Part shown: one piece after another, positions 28,181 through 39,175 of the stretch
Layout: every line of letters begins with the position of its first letter
How positions within the stretch are numbered: the stretch's first letter is position 1
Assembly: GCA_002686115.1 (NCBI GenBank)
Contig: NZAF01000182.1
Span: forward strand, 1 to 45,227
Reading direction: 5' to 3'
DNA: 45,227 nt
Source: Halobacteriovorax sp.
GTDB lineage: Bacteria > Bdellovibrionota > Bacteriovoracia > Bacteriovoracales > Bacteriovoracaceae
Position numbers and translations under genes: made by a program
Notes under the pieces: generated by a model
Told to the model about the DNA's origin: nothing
The model's database searches: none
Seen by the model: the letters and a program-made list of their open reading frames with translations, nothing else

Positions 28181-29374
28181 TTATTTTTGTTTAAATAATA
28201 AAAAAAATTTATTCACATAACTCCAAGGCCACCAATAGAAATCCATATTAGAATCCCAAAAATTAGCATAAGGAATAAAGAATAAAAAGTATAAAAAATG
28301 AGCATGGAATGCAATATAACCTAACTCGGTATAAGGATACTCAACTGGTTGAGCACCTAACCAACCTAATAATAAAAAGTTACCTACGAAAGTCCAAAAA
28401 CATAATTTATACCTAAAACGAAACTGAGCACTCTTAACAAACACCGGATTTAAAAATAGAACGGCTAAAATTAAAATAGCTGCAACCATAGCAATTACAC
28501 CATTTAATTTATTTGGAATAGAACGTAAAATAGCATAAAATGGTAAGAAGTACCACTCAGGAACAATATGAGTAGGAGTTACCATAGGATTCGCTCTAAT
28601 ATAGTTATCTGAATGTCCTAAATAATTTGGAATAAAGAATACAAAGTATGAAAAGAACATTAAAAATAAAATAAATCCAAATAAATCTTTTACATAGAAA
28701 TAAGGGTAAAAAGATACTTTATTATAATTATCAAAATATAAAGGGTTACCTGAACCATCAATATGTAATAAAATTAAATGTAATAATACTAAACCTAAAA
28801 TAACAAAAGGTAATAAGTAGTGTAAACTAAAGAAACGGTTTAAAGTAGCATTATCTACAGAAAAACCACCCCATAACCAGTGTACAATATCTTCACCTAC
28901 ATAAGGAACAACAGTAACTAAATTAGTAATTACAGTTGCACCCCAAAAACTCATTTGACCCCAAGGTAAAACATAACCAATGAAACCAGTACCCATCATT
29001 AATAAAAAGATTAAGATACCAGTAGACCAAAGTAAACGTCTTGGATATAAATAAGAACCATAATAAAGGCCACGAGCAATATGAATATAAACTACAATAA
29101 AAAACATAGATGCACCATTTGAGTGAGCATAACGTAATAACCAACCGTAGTTAACATCACGCATAATATGCTCTACACTATCAAAAGCTAAATCTACATG
29201 CGGAGTATAATGCATTGCTAAAAAAATACCTGTAATTAATTGAATGGCTAAACAAATACCGGCTAATGAACCAAATCCTCACATATAACTCACGTTAACT
29301 GGTGTTGGATAATCGATTAATTCATTTTTTAAAATAGGTAAAATAACTGAAGTACGTAATACAGACTCTTTCAT
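28181..29374 (-). CDS. cob: Apocytochrome b
   Basis: ATG 29374. TGA at 29279 occupies the conserved Trp of YxWGFGS. PEWY motif and haem His residues present. Confidence 0.98.
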
Positions 29375-29393
29375 AAATGAATTTAATTAAAAA

Positions 29394-29465
29394 CGGGAAT
29401 GAAGGGAATTGAACCCATATCAATAACTCGACAAGCTAATGCTCTAACCTTTAAGCTACATTCCC
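29394..29465 (-). tRNA. trnD: tRNA-Asp(GUC)
   Basis: Acceptor GGGAATG/CATTCCC, loop TTGTCGA. Confidence 0.92.
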
Positions 29466-29496
29466 TTAGGACTATAAAATATAAGAATTGATTCTT

Positions 29497-29568
29497 GGCT
29501 AAATAACATAATGGTTAATGTATTGAATTGCAAATTCAATGATAGTGGTTCGATTCCACTTTTAGCCT
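29497..29568 (+). tRNA. trnC: tRNA-Cys(GCA)
   Basis: Acceptor GGCTAAA/TTTAGCC, arm TTGAA-TTGCAAA-TTCAA, U73. Confidence 0.94.
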
Positions 29569-29623
29569 TTTAGATAAAGGAAAAAAATATTATTTTATTT
29601 TTACTCAAAAAAATAAAATAAAA

Positions 29624-29705
29624 GCCTTAATGGTGGAATTGGTAGACACGCTAGATTTAGGTTCTAGTCTTGCAAAAGGTAGGAGTTCGAGTCTCCTTTA
29701 AGGTA
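29624..29705 (+). tRNA. trnL: tRNA-Leu(UAG)
   Basis: CTAGA-TTTAGGT-TCTAG arm with long variable arm. Confidence 0.94.
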
Positions 29706-29715
29706 ATTTTTAAGC

Positions 29716-29740
29716 GTCTTTATGAAAAAATCATAAAGAC
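29716..29740. terminator. Perfect 10-bp hairpin between convergent trnL(UAG) and atp8; possible terminator or processing signal
   Basis: GTCTTTATGA-aaaaa-TCATAAAGAC. Function is inferred from position only. Confidence 0.5.
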
Positions 29741-29789
29741 ACCACTAATTAGCTCACCCATACTAATTGAAAAAATACTTAGAGGTAAA

Positions 29790-30185
29790 TTAATCTTCTA
29801 AATTATTAAAAAAATAACTAAAAAATAAGAAACCAGTTGAAAAAGATGAACTTTGGAAACTTTGACGTTTTAAAATATAATACGAATTTTTATTAGTAAA
29901 ATACGATAATAAATTATTAAATGATTCATAAAAAAATTTATTACAAAATAAAATACCCGAAAATTTAAAAACAGTAGTACGAATAAAAATTACGAACTCA
30001 TTAAACATTTTTAAAAAGAATGTAATAAAAAAAATAAAAAAACTTGAAATATAACGACCTCTTAACTTTAAGATCATAATACTATAACTAAAAAAACCTC
30101 TTAATAAGTAAAAAAAAGAAAAACCTATTAAAGTAATTAACCAAAAAACTTGTGGAAAAAAAGTTGAAAAATCCATTTGTGGCAT
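29790..30185 (-). CDS. atp8: ATP synthase subunit 8
   Basis: N-terminal MPQMDFSTFFPQVFW, one TM helix, then LKLR. Confidence 0.93.
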   Translation of the reverse strand: MPQMDFSTFFPQVFWLITLIGFSFFYLLRGFFSYSIMILKLRGRYISSFFIFFITFFLKMFNEFVIFIRTTVFKFSGILFCNKFFYESFNNLLSYFTNKNSYYILKRQSFQSSSFSTGFLFFSYFFNNLED

Positions 30186-30223
30186 ATTTTTATAAATAAA
30201 AACTTAAAAAAGTAACTTTAAAT

Positions 30224-30589
30224 TTACCAATCTAAAGCACCTTGTCTTCACTCGAATATAAAACCAAAACCTAATAAAACTAAAAAAAATAACATAGTTA
30301 AAAAACCAGTTAAACCTAAAACAGATAAACAGATAGCCCAAGGAAATAAAAAAGCAATTTCTAAATCAAACACAATAAATAAAATTGCAATTAAATAAAA
30401 ATGAATTTCAAATTTTAAACGAGCATCTTCAAAAGGATCGAAACCACATTCATATGCTGATATTTTTTCAATATCTCTATTTTGACTAAAAAATAAAGAT
30501 AATAATTTTGCTAAAAATAACATAATAAATACCAAACAAATAGAAACTAGAAAAAAAATAAATATATTTATATAATTTATAGTAAACAT
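30224..30589 (-). CDS. nad3: NADH dehydrogenase subunit 3
   Basis: [30 protein letters not shown] at 30248 completes the conserved EWRQGALDW*. Confidence 0.97.
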
Positions 30590-30606
30590 TTTATATTAAA
30601 TTAACC

Positions 30607-31353
30607 TTAATGTAAGTGAATTACATCATTTAAATAAATACATACTAAAACAGTGAAAACATAAGCCTGTAAAAAAGCAATAGCCATTTCTAAACCAGTA
30701 ACTAAAAAAATAATAATTAATGGAAAAATACCAATATTTAACCAAATACCTAAAGCTAAAAACATACTCCAACAAAACCAAGCTAAAATGTTTAATAAAG
30801 TATGACCAGCCATCATATTTGCAAATAGTCGAATAGATAAACTAAAAACTCTAGCAATATATGAAATAATTTCAATAGTAACAATAAATGGCATAATAGC
30901 TAAAGGAGCACCATCAGGTAAAAATAAACCAAAAAAATGTAATCTATGTTTTACAAAACCAATAAAAGTAACACCAAAAAAAAAAATTAAAGCAATAGAA
31001 AAAGTAAAAATAAACTGACTAGTTACAGTAAAACTATAAGGAATCATACCTAAAATATTTGACAAAAATAAAAATAAGAATAAAAAGAAAATTAATGAAA
31101 TATATTTAACATATTTAACACCAACATTTTCTACAATTAACATTCTAGAAAATACAAATAAATTATTGATTAATAAAAAATGCCATTTTACAACCATTAA
31201 AGAAACATAAGAAAAAAAAAATAATATCAATAACATTAATGCTAAAATCATAACAACTACTAAAGTAGAGTTAGTTATTGAAAAATAAAAATTATGTAAA
31301 TTAAGAGAAATCAAAGTAATTAATTCAAACTGTTCTAAAGGTGAATTAAACAT
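30607..31353 (-). CDS. atp6: ATP synthase subunit 6 (a)
   Basis: SPLEQF, SLSIRLFANMMAGH, LEMAIAFLQAYVF. Confidence 0.98.
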   Translation of the reverse strand: MFNSPLEQFELITLISLNLHNFYFSITNSTLVVVMILALMLLILFFFSYVSLMVVKWHFLLINNLFVFSRMLIVENVGVKYVKYISLIFFLFLFLFLSNILGMIPYSFTVTSQFIFTFSIALIFFFGVTFIGFVKHRLHFFGLFLPDGAPLAIMPFIVTIEIISYIARVFSLSIRLFANMMAGHTLLNILAWFCWSMFLALGIWLNIGIFPLIIIFLVTGLEMAIAFLQAYVFTVLVCIYLNDVIHLH

Positions 31354-31394
31354 ATATTATATTAAAAAGTAACTAAAAAACTTTTTATTTTATT

Positions 31395-32873
31395 TTATTT
31401 TACGTCATATAGACGTAAAAATCTAAAAACAGAATACTCAATACTTTCTATAAAAATTTGAGGACATACACCAAATAATAATGTTAAATAAGCTAAAATA
31501 CTTAAAACATAAAAATCACGTGCAGACATATCTTTAAATTTACTAATATATTGAACTTTTAGTGAACCAAAAACAACACGATTGTATAATAAAATCATAT
31601 AAGCAACTGTAAATACACTAGCTAAAGCACTAATAACAGCCGCAAATGTATTTGTAGCAAAAATACCAATTGTTGTTAAAAACTCACCAACAAATATACA
31701 TAAACCAGGTAAACCCATATTTGCAATGGTAAAAAAAAAGAAAAAAAAAGAGAATAATGGCATAACTTGACTTAAACCACCATAATATTTAATTAACCTA
31801 GTACCATAAATATCATACAGAACACCTACTAATAAAAACAATGCACTTGATACTAAACCATGACCTAACATTAATAAAATACCACCCATAATACCATAAT
31901 AATTTAATGAAAAAATACCTAACATACCATAACTCATATGAGCTACAGATGAGTAAGCAATAATTCTTTTCATATCAACCTGGCGTACAGTTGTTAATGA
32001 AGCATAAACAATACCAATAACACAAAGAGTTAATGCTAAAGGTAAAAAAAATTTAGTTGCATCACTAAAAATAGGTAAAACAAACCTTAAAAAACCATAA
32101 CCACCTAGTTTTAATAATAAACCTGCTAAAATCACAGAACCAATTGTAGGAGCTTCCACGTGAGCTTCAGGTAACCAAATATGAAATGGCCATAAAGGTA
32201 CTTTAATGGCAAAACCAATAAAAAATAAAATCCATAATAATTTTTGAGTATTTAAATTGTAATTAAAAACATAACTATCATACCAACCGGTACTACCTAC
32301 AGTTAAATAAATAATTAAAATACCTACTAACATAAATAATGAACCAAAAAATGCATAAAATAAAAAATAATTTGCTGCTTTCATTCTACGACTACGAGAA
32401 CCCCAAATACCAATGATTAAAAACATAGGAATTAAAATTGCTTCAAAAAATACATAAAACATTAAGAAATCTAAAACAATAAATGAGGCTAAAATAAATA
32501 ACTCTAATAATAAAAATAAAGTAAAAAATAATCTAACTTTTTTATCCACACTAAAAGCTACTAAAGAACAAACAGAAAATAAAAAAGTAGTTAATATTAT
32601 TAAAAATAACGAAATACCGTCAATACCTAATACCATAAAAGAATCTTCAGGAAAATAAAAAAACTTAGGACCTTCTATATAAACAAAATTATATTCATTA
32701 ATACTTTGTAAACAAACTTTTCAAATTTTACATGATAAAATAAACATTACCATAGTAATTACTAAACTAACAACACGAATTTGATTATTACTTTTTACAA
32801 TGGGTGTCCATAAGAATAGACCACCACCAAAACCTAATAACATTATTGTATAAATTAATGTGCTTAATACCAT
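31395..32873 (-). CDS. nad4: NADH dehydrogenase subunit 4
   Basis: ATG 32873, TGA at 32721. GIDGISL, HIWLPEAHVEAPT, KRIIAYSSVAHM. Confidence 0.97.
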
Positions 32874-32933
32874 TTTTTAATGTGTTTTATAACATTTACT
32901 ACTACTAATATATATATATATATATTTAAATAT

Positions 32934-33008
32934 GGCAAGTAATGGGAATTGAACCCACGACCAAAAGATCCACAATCTTTCACTCTAAACCACTGAGTTA
33001 TACCCGCC
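32934..33008 (-). tRNA. trnH: tRNA-His(GUG) with encoded G-1
   Basis: AAAGA-TTGTGGA-TCTTT arm, G-1:C73. Confidence 0.94.
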
Positions 33009-33026
33009 TACTAAAAACTTTACTTT

Positions 33027-33559
33027 TTACTTAATTAATGTAAAGTTTTTTTTATAATTTAATAAATAAAAGAATTTAAATACAGCTAACCTATTTAACA
33101 CGAAGTATACAAAAAACTTTTGTAATAACAACCTATAAATAGATTCCATAGAACCTTTATAATTTTTAAGAGTATCTTTAACTAAATTAAAACGCTTAGC
33201 ATCTACAAATAAATTATTATTAATAATCATACCTAAAAAAATTAACTTTGACTTATTATTATCAATAAATTTAACTAAGTCATAGAAATTAACTTCATTA
33301 GTTTGACCATAACTTAAAAAAGATTGACTTTTTAATAAATAACGTAACTTTAAGTTAGAATTATTTAAATAAATCGATGAAAATACACCACGTTTTAACC
33401 AAATAGTTGAAAGATTAAACTCCTCTAACTTATACATAAAGCTTTTTAAAGCAGATTCATTATCTCTATAATTCCAAAAAAAAAAAAAAAATTATTCTTT
33501 AGAATTATTTTATTTAATGCAACAGAATATCTTTGTTTTCTATAAAGCCAAAAATTCAT
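33027..33559 (-). CDS. rpl10: Probable ribosomal protein L10, frameshifted in a 16-nt homopolymer (33476-33491)
   Basis: ATG 33559 gives MNFWLYRKQRYSVALNKIILKNNFFFFF. The -1 frame continues FWNYRDNESALKSFMYKL...LLKSQSFLSYG...LVKFIDNNKSKLIFLGMIINN. Size and motif spacing resemble uL10 (similarity judged by eye). Confidence 0.55.
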
Positions 33560-33563
33560 AAAA

Positions 33564-34745
33564 TTAACGATCTACTTCACCAAAAACAATATCCTGAGTA
33601 CCAATAATTGCAACAACGTCAGCTAAATAATGACCTTTAGCCATAAAATCAATACCTTGTAAGTGAGCAAAGCCTGGAGCTTTAATTTTACACCTATAAG
33701 GACGATTAGTACCATCTGACACTAAAAATACACCAAACTCCCCTTTTGGCGCTTCAACAGCACTGTAACATTTACCTTCTGGAACATAGAAACCTTCACT
33801 ATATAATTTAAAATGGTGAATTAATGCTTCCATAGACTGTTTCATTACTTTACGTGCTGGAGGTGTTACTTTTTTATCATCTAATTTAATGTGACCTTCT
33901 GGTATTTTAGAAATACACTGCATAATTAAATGTACACTTTGACGCATTTCTTCAATTCTAATTAAATAACGATCATAACAATCACCATTAGTACCAACAG
34001 GAACTTTAAAATCTAAATCACGATAAACTTCATAAGGTTGTGTTTTACGAAGATCCCAAAAAATACCAGAACCACGTAACATAACACCACTAAAACCTCA
34101 ATCTAAAGCTTCTTGTTTAGTAACAACACCGACATCAACTAAACGTTGCTTCCAAATTCTATTATTTGTTAAAAGCTCTTCAATCTCATCAATACGAGAA
34201 TTAAATGCTTTAGCAAATATATAAATATCATCTAATAAACCTACAGGTAAATCTTGATGAACACCACCTGGACGTATATAAGCTGCATGCATTCTTGCAC
34301 CAGAAACGCGCTCATAAAATTCCATTAATTTTTCACGCTCTTCAAAAGCCCATAAAAATGGTGTAAAAGCACCAACATCTAAAGCATGAGTAGTTAATGC
34401 TAATAAATGATTTAAAATTCTTGTAATCTCTGAAAATAATACTCTAATATACTGCGCACGTAAAGGAACAGTACAATTTAATAATTTTTCAACTGCCAAT
34501 GAATAACCATGTTCTTGTGCCATCATTGAAACGTAATCTAATCTATCAAAATAAGGTAATGCTTGCATATATGTTTTATATTCAATTAACTTTTCTGTAC
34601 CACGATGTAATAAACCAATGTGTGGATCTGCTCTTTCTACGACCTCACCTTCTAGTTGTAATACTAAACGTAAAACACCATGAGCAGAAGGATGCTGAGG
34701 GCCAAAATTTATATTAAATGTTTTATATTTTTTTAAATCTTTCAT
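33564..34745 (-). CDS. nad7: NADH dehydrogenase subunit 7
   Basis: [15 protein letters not shown] at the start, DIVFGEVDR at the end. TGA at 34098 lies in the conserved ALDWGFSG. Confidence 0.98.
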
Positions 34746-34786
34746 AACTTTTTAATAAATAATAAATAAATCGGTAACACTATAAA

Positions 34787-34858
34787 TTGGGGCAGAAGGA
34801 TTCGAACCTTCGAATGACGATATCAAAAACCGTTGCCTTACCACTTGGCTATACCCCA
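34787..34858 (-). tRNA. trnQ: tRNA-Gln(UUG)
   Basis: Acceptor TGGGGTA/TGCCCCA, loop TTTTGAT. Confidence 0.94.
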
Positions 34859-34886
34859 TCACTTGAACCTATAATAAACTTATCCA

Positions 34887-34985
34887 GGGTTTTTAAAATA
34901 CAATAATAATAATTTTTAATATTTAAAAACTAACATAAAATTGAATAAGTCCGTAACATTATAAGATCTTCTCTAAAAAAAACCC
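34887..34985 (-). ncRNA. Candidate highly divergent 5S rRNA-like structured RNA
   Basis: About 100 nt between two tRNAs, closed by a 9-bp terminal helix (GGGTTTTTT/AAAAAACCC) with two internal hairpins. No convincing primary-sequence match. Confidence 0.25.
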
Positions 34986-35057
34986 TAAGCTCAGTAGGAT
35001 TTGAACCTACAACTTTTCCATTATGAGTGGAACGTTCTACCCTTGAACTATAAGCTC
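34986..35057 (-). tRNA. trnI: tRNA(CAU), probably tRNA-Ile2 (lysidine type)
   Basis: Third CAU tRNA; acceptor GAGCTTA, loop CTCATAA. ATA codons are abundant and need a reader. Confidence 0.8.
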
Positions 35058-35096
35058 ATTTGGTTACAATAATAAATATATATAATTAAATAAAAC

Positions 35097-35507
35097 TTAC
35101 TTTACGCCTACTACGCGCATTTTAATAGGTATTTTTTTACCTGCTTTTTTTAATAAATCAACAATGGCTTGAGAATTAGTACCTTCTACTTCAAATAGAA
35201 CCATACCACAACGAATTTTAAAAATTCTTGCAATTACTTCACCTTTACCTTTACCCATACGTTTATCACCTACTTTTGCAGTAACTGGTAAAGTAGGGTT
35301 AACACGGATCCATACTTTTGCAATTTTTTTTAATCTACGCGATAATACTTTTCTAGCAGACTCTAAATGTTTAAAACTAACAAAACCATTTTCTAAACTT
35401 TTCAAACCAAAACTACCATAAACAATTTTTGAACTTTTATTATTTCTATTACGATACAAACCTTTCATAGGTCTTTTTTGATATCTACTATACTTTAATT
35501 TTAACAT
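35097..35507 (-). CDS. rpl16: Ribosomal protein L16 (start 35507 or 35513)
   Basis: GSFGLKSLE, ESARK, VWIRVNP, RMGKGKG, GMVLFEV. Confidence 0.95.
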   Translation of the reverse strand: MLKLKYSRYQKRPMKGLYRNRNNKSSKIVYGSFGLKSLENGFVSFKHLESARKVLSRRLKKIAKVWIRVNPTLPVTAKVGDKRMGKGKGEVIARIFKIRCGMVLFEVEGTNSQAIVDLLKKAGKKIPIKMRVVGVK

Positions 35508-36481
35508 ATTCATACTTTAATACCTAAAACTCCTGCAAAAGTATATGCTTCTGTTAAGCTATAATCAACAGGAGTTTTTAATGTTTGAATAGGAACCTGC
35601 TTACCTTTATAATAACTAAATGAATAAATTTTTTTTACTGCACGCATTTGACCATTTACCTTACCTGATATTTGAATTTTTAAATACTCTGCACGCATTA
35701 CATCACCTAATCTTGATTTTAAAGGTACAAGATAAAAAATTTCACGTAAAATTTTAAAAAATAAATTTAAAACTTTACCTGAGCGTTTATATTTTTCTAA
35801 ACCAATAGAAAATGTTTTAGCAATTAAAAAACTATTTTTACGTAAAACACCTAAAACCATATAAAAAATATGAGTTTTTATACCACGGTATAAATTTTTT
35901 TGCTCTTTTGGAAATAATTTAACAAAAACTGTCATATAAGTTGTAAAAATATTTGTTTCATAAATATTATAATAATCTAAAATATTATATAAACGAATTC
36001 TTACAACATTACCTACAATACGTTTTAACTTATCTTCTAAATAAAATTCTAAAATTTTTAAAAAAAATTGACGATAAGCCAAAATTTTTTTATAACGTTT
36101 TAAAATAAACTTTAACTTCATTAACTTAACGTTTTTATCTCTATAAGGACTTCTCGGAGAATAAGGAACTTTAAAAAAACCAATACCTACAGGATTCCAA
36201 TACCAATTTTCCTGTAAAAATGATAAGAAGAACACTTTATTAATACGAGGTTCAGAACCATTAAAATAACAAATTAAAACATGAATATCTGTTAAATTTT
36301 TCTTTTGAACTAACCTCATAGATAAGAACCAAATAGATAATTTTTCTAATGTATTTACCAACCATTGTTGAATAAAAAAACTTTTCTTTAAATTTTCACC
36401 ATACTTAAAACTACCAAAATGTGAGATTCAATCTTTACTAATGCCTAAACGATTACCAATTGCATGACCTTTTCGACTCAT
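35501..36481 (-). CDS. rps3: Ribosomal protein S3
   Basis: Starts MSRKGHAIGNRLGISKDW (TGA 36428). IQISGKVNG, VPIQTL, and C-terminal GVLGIKVW(TGA)IC*. Confidence 0.92.
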
Positions 36482-36521
36482 AAATTTTTAAATTTATAAA
36501 AACTGAAGACTAACTTAATAA

Positions 36522-36607
36522 CGGATAAGGAGGGATTCGAACCCCCGGTATCTTTTAAATACACTTGTTTTCAAAACAAGCACCTTCGACCACTCAGTCA
36601 CTTATCC
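36522..36607 (-). tRNA. trnS: tRNA-Ser(UGA)
   Basis: CTTGT-TTTGAAA-ACAAG arm, long variable arm, G73. Confidence 0.94.
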
Positions 36608-36620
36608 AAAAAATAAAATA

Positions 36621-37214
36621 TTAACGTCTTTTTTTAAACTTTTTACGACGTTTTTTTTTCCAACTACAACCATTATGGGAAATTGGTGTTTTATCAATAA
36701 TATTTCGAATAGTAATACCTGAAGAAACTAAACCTTTAATAAAGTTTAATCTATGCGACTTAAATGGTAAACCATGAAACTCTAAATCTAAAAAACATAC
36801 TAATTTAGACTTTAACTCTAAACCTAAATTTTCTCCTAAAAGAATATTAGCAACAGCTACAGTACGCCTTCTTAAAAAGAAATAATTTAAACCACCACTA
36901 CTATAAAAAACATAACGACCAAAAGGATCCATAACAGTAATAAAAACATTATTACGAGTAACTTTAAAAACTAATTTATAAACTACAACATCTTTAAGAC
37001 GATTTTTGCGTGCGTACCACTCTAACTTATCTAAATATTTTTGTTCTTGGTGTTTTTCACGACTTTTTTTATCTAAAAAAGTAACATTTTTTGAATTGCT
37101 AAAATCGCTAATTCTATTATGTAACCTTTCAAAAGTATTATCCTCATTTTTTAATACTGATAATGTTTTAAAAAAAAATAAATTTAAATTATTTTTTAAC
37201 TTATTTACAAACAT
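36621..37214 (-). CDS. rps11: Ribosomal protein S11 with N-terminal extension
   Basis: TRNNVFITVMD, SSGG, DKTPISHNGC. Confidence 0.92.
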   Translation of the reverse strand: MFVNKLKNNLNLFFFKTLSVLKNEDNTFERLHNRISDFSNSKNVTFLDKKSREKHQEQKYLDKLEWYARKNRLKDVVVYKLVFKVTRNNVFITVMDPFGRYVFYSSGGLNYFFLRRRTVAVANILLGENLGLELKSKLVCFLDLEFHGLPFKSHRLNFIKGLVSSGITIRNIIDKTPISHNGCSWKKKRRKKFKKRR

Positions 37215-37911
37215 GTTTATTATAAATAATTATTTAAAAGAATTAAAAATATATATATTTTACATATTAATTTCTATAACCCTGACGACTAGTTTAGCAT
37301 ACACATATAATTACGAAGCTTTTTATTTAATTAGTAAGCCAATTACAATAAATACAGACCAATTTAGTTTTATATTTACAAATATATTTGAAGCATTTAA
37401 AACATACTTAACATTAAGCCTTATTATTGGATTTCATTTTAATATACCATTTATAGCTTGGATATTATGGAAATTTTTAATCAAAGGATTACATAAATAT
37501 GAAAATACAATACTACTAAAAGCATCTCTAATTATAACCTTAACCTTAATTTTAATAAATTTACTATTTTACAACATAATAATGCCAATAATTGTAACAT
37601 TTTTACTACAATTTGAAAACCTAGTAGACTTTAACCCTGTAAATATACAAATACAACTAAAGCTAGAAGAGTACTTTAAAATTTATATACAATTAATATA
37701 TATATTTAACTTAACTTTTTTAATACCATTTTTATCGCTATTTATTAATAACATGAAATGAATATATTATAAAAAATATATTTATGTAATATTATTAATA
37801 ATAATAGCACTAATAACACCTCCTGATATTATTAGTTTAATACTATTTTTTTTACCTACATTTTTAACTTTAGAAATTTCACACTTAATCAAAAGAATAA
37901 ATTATAAATAA
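37213..37911 (+). CDS. tatC: Twin-arginine translocase subunit TatC (232 aa)
   Basis: ELKIYIFY, FIFTNIFEAF, WKFLIKGLHKYE. Read-through of TGA 37759 adds IIIALITPPDIIS...LE. Stop TAA 37909-37911. Confidence 0.92.
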
Positions 37912-37923
37912 ATTAAATATAAA

Positions 37924-38007
37924 TGGGAAGGATGGGACTCGAACCCATGATGGCACAACACCAACAGATTTACAATCTGTCACCTTAACCAACTCAGTCA
38001 CCGTCCC
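37924..38007 (-). tRNA. trnY: tRNA-Tyr(GUA)
   Basis: ACAGA-TTGTAAA-TCTGT arm, long variable arm. Confidence 0.94.
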
Positions 38008-38032
38008 TAATTTATTTTATTTTAATTTATGT

Positions 38033-39175
38033 TTAAGTACGTAAAAAATACGATAATACTAATTTCACATTTTTTAAAGGAATATTATCATTCACATTAG
38101 CAAAAATCTCATGATATTTTGCAGTAAACGGATTAGATTTATTATGCCTTGCAAAATGTTTTTTTTTATTTTTGTATTCTGTAAAACTACGTGCATTTTT
38201 ACTAATTTTATGAAAATTCATATGCTCATACTGTACCTTATCTTTACCAAAAAAGAAACTAGGATGTTGTTTTGCTAAAACATTATAATTATTTAAAGGA
38301 TCGTATAAAAAAATACCTGTTAAAAGTCTATGCTTTACATATAAGTGAGGTAACTCTGGCTTAATAACAGAACTAAACATAAAATTTAAAGGTAAAGTTT
38401 TATTACCTAATAAAAAGTTTAAGAACATTTTACGATCTACACTAATAATATCATTTTTTTTAATATGAAAATTCCTATAAATAACTTTTTTACCGTTTAC
38501 CTTAACGAAACCATGTCTTATAAATTGCTTAGCTTGCATTAAACTTAAAGCAAGATTCATACGAAATAAAACAACTACTAAACGGTTTTCTAATAAACTT
38601 AAAAAGCTTAAAACTTTATTTTTACGACGTTTACTTTTTAAATAAGCTCCACGCCAAACATTATTTTTTAAATAACCATAAAAAAAACGTAAAACACGTT
38701 TTAATGTGTAAATTTTGTTAGAGTGACCTTCAACAAAAGAACAACTTCCGTGTGTTTTTACTTTTCTATGTTCAAATAAATCCCAATAATGACTAACTTT
38801 ATTTGTGTCTAATTTTTGCCACTTATAAGAAGTTAAAGGTCTATAGCGTTTACGACGTAAAACACGTTGGGCTTTCATACCAGATAATAATTTACGCTCA
38901 TAAGGAGTATAGATACGGTCTTTTACAAATAAATGACCATATTTCTCAATAAATTTTTGCTGCTCATCTTTATCTGTAGTATTTAGAATGAACGACTTAA
39001 ATAAGTTATTTAACTTTACATAAGTACGTATTTTTCTACGCCTTTCTTTACCTTTTTGTTTTCTAATTGATTTTAGCTCTTTCTTTTCCATCTGCATTTT
39101 TTTAACCATAGCAGACTTTAAAATTTTTTCAACACGAATTTGGGCATAATTTTTTTTACCTAAATTATTAGTCAT
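38033..39175 (-). CDS. rps4: Ribosomal protein S4, extended (start probably 39175 via TAATG coupling to rps2; alternative 39214)
   Basis: LRFFYG, LENRLVVVLFRMNLA...QAKQFIRHGFVKVNG (S4 domain). Confidence 0.92.
   Translation of the reverse strand: MTNNLGKKNYAQIRVEKILKSAMVKKMQMEKKELKSIRKQKGKERRRKIRTYVKLNNLFKSFILNTTDKDEQQKFIEKYGHLFVKDRIYTPYERKLLSGMKAQRVLRRKRYRPLTSYKWQKLDTNKVSHYWDLFEHRKVKTHGSCSFVEGHSNKIYTLKRVLRFFYGYLKNNVWRGAYLKSKRRKNKVLSFLSLLENRLVVVLFRMNLALSLMQAKQFIRHGFVKVNGKKVIYRNFHIKKNDIISVDRKMFLNFLLGNKTLPLNFMFSSVIKPELPHLYVKHRLLTGIFLYDPLNNYNVLAKQHPSFFFGKDKVQYEHMNFHKISKNARSFTEYKNKKKHFARHNKSNPFTAKYHEIFANVNDNIPLKNVKLVLSYFLRT

Noticed and set aside
32907-32925. (AT)n microsatellite upstream of nad4
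   Set aside because: Short low-complexity tract, unremarkable in AT-rich DNA.
37006-37212. 69-aa N-terminal extension of TatC from GTG 37006
   Set aside because: Antisense to rps11. TatC-like sequence begins at ATG 37213.
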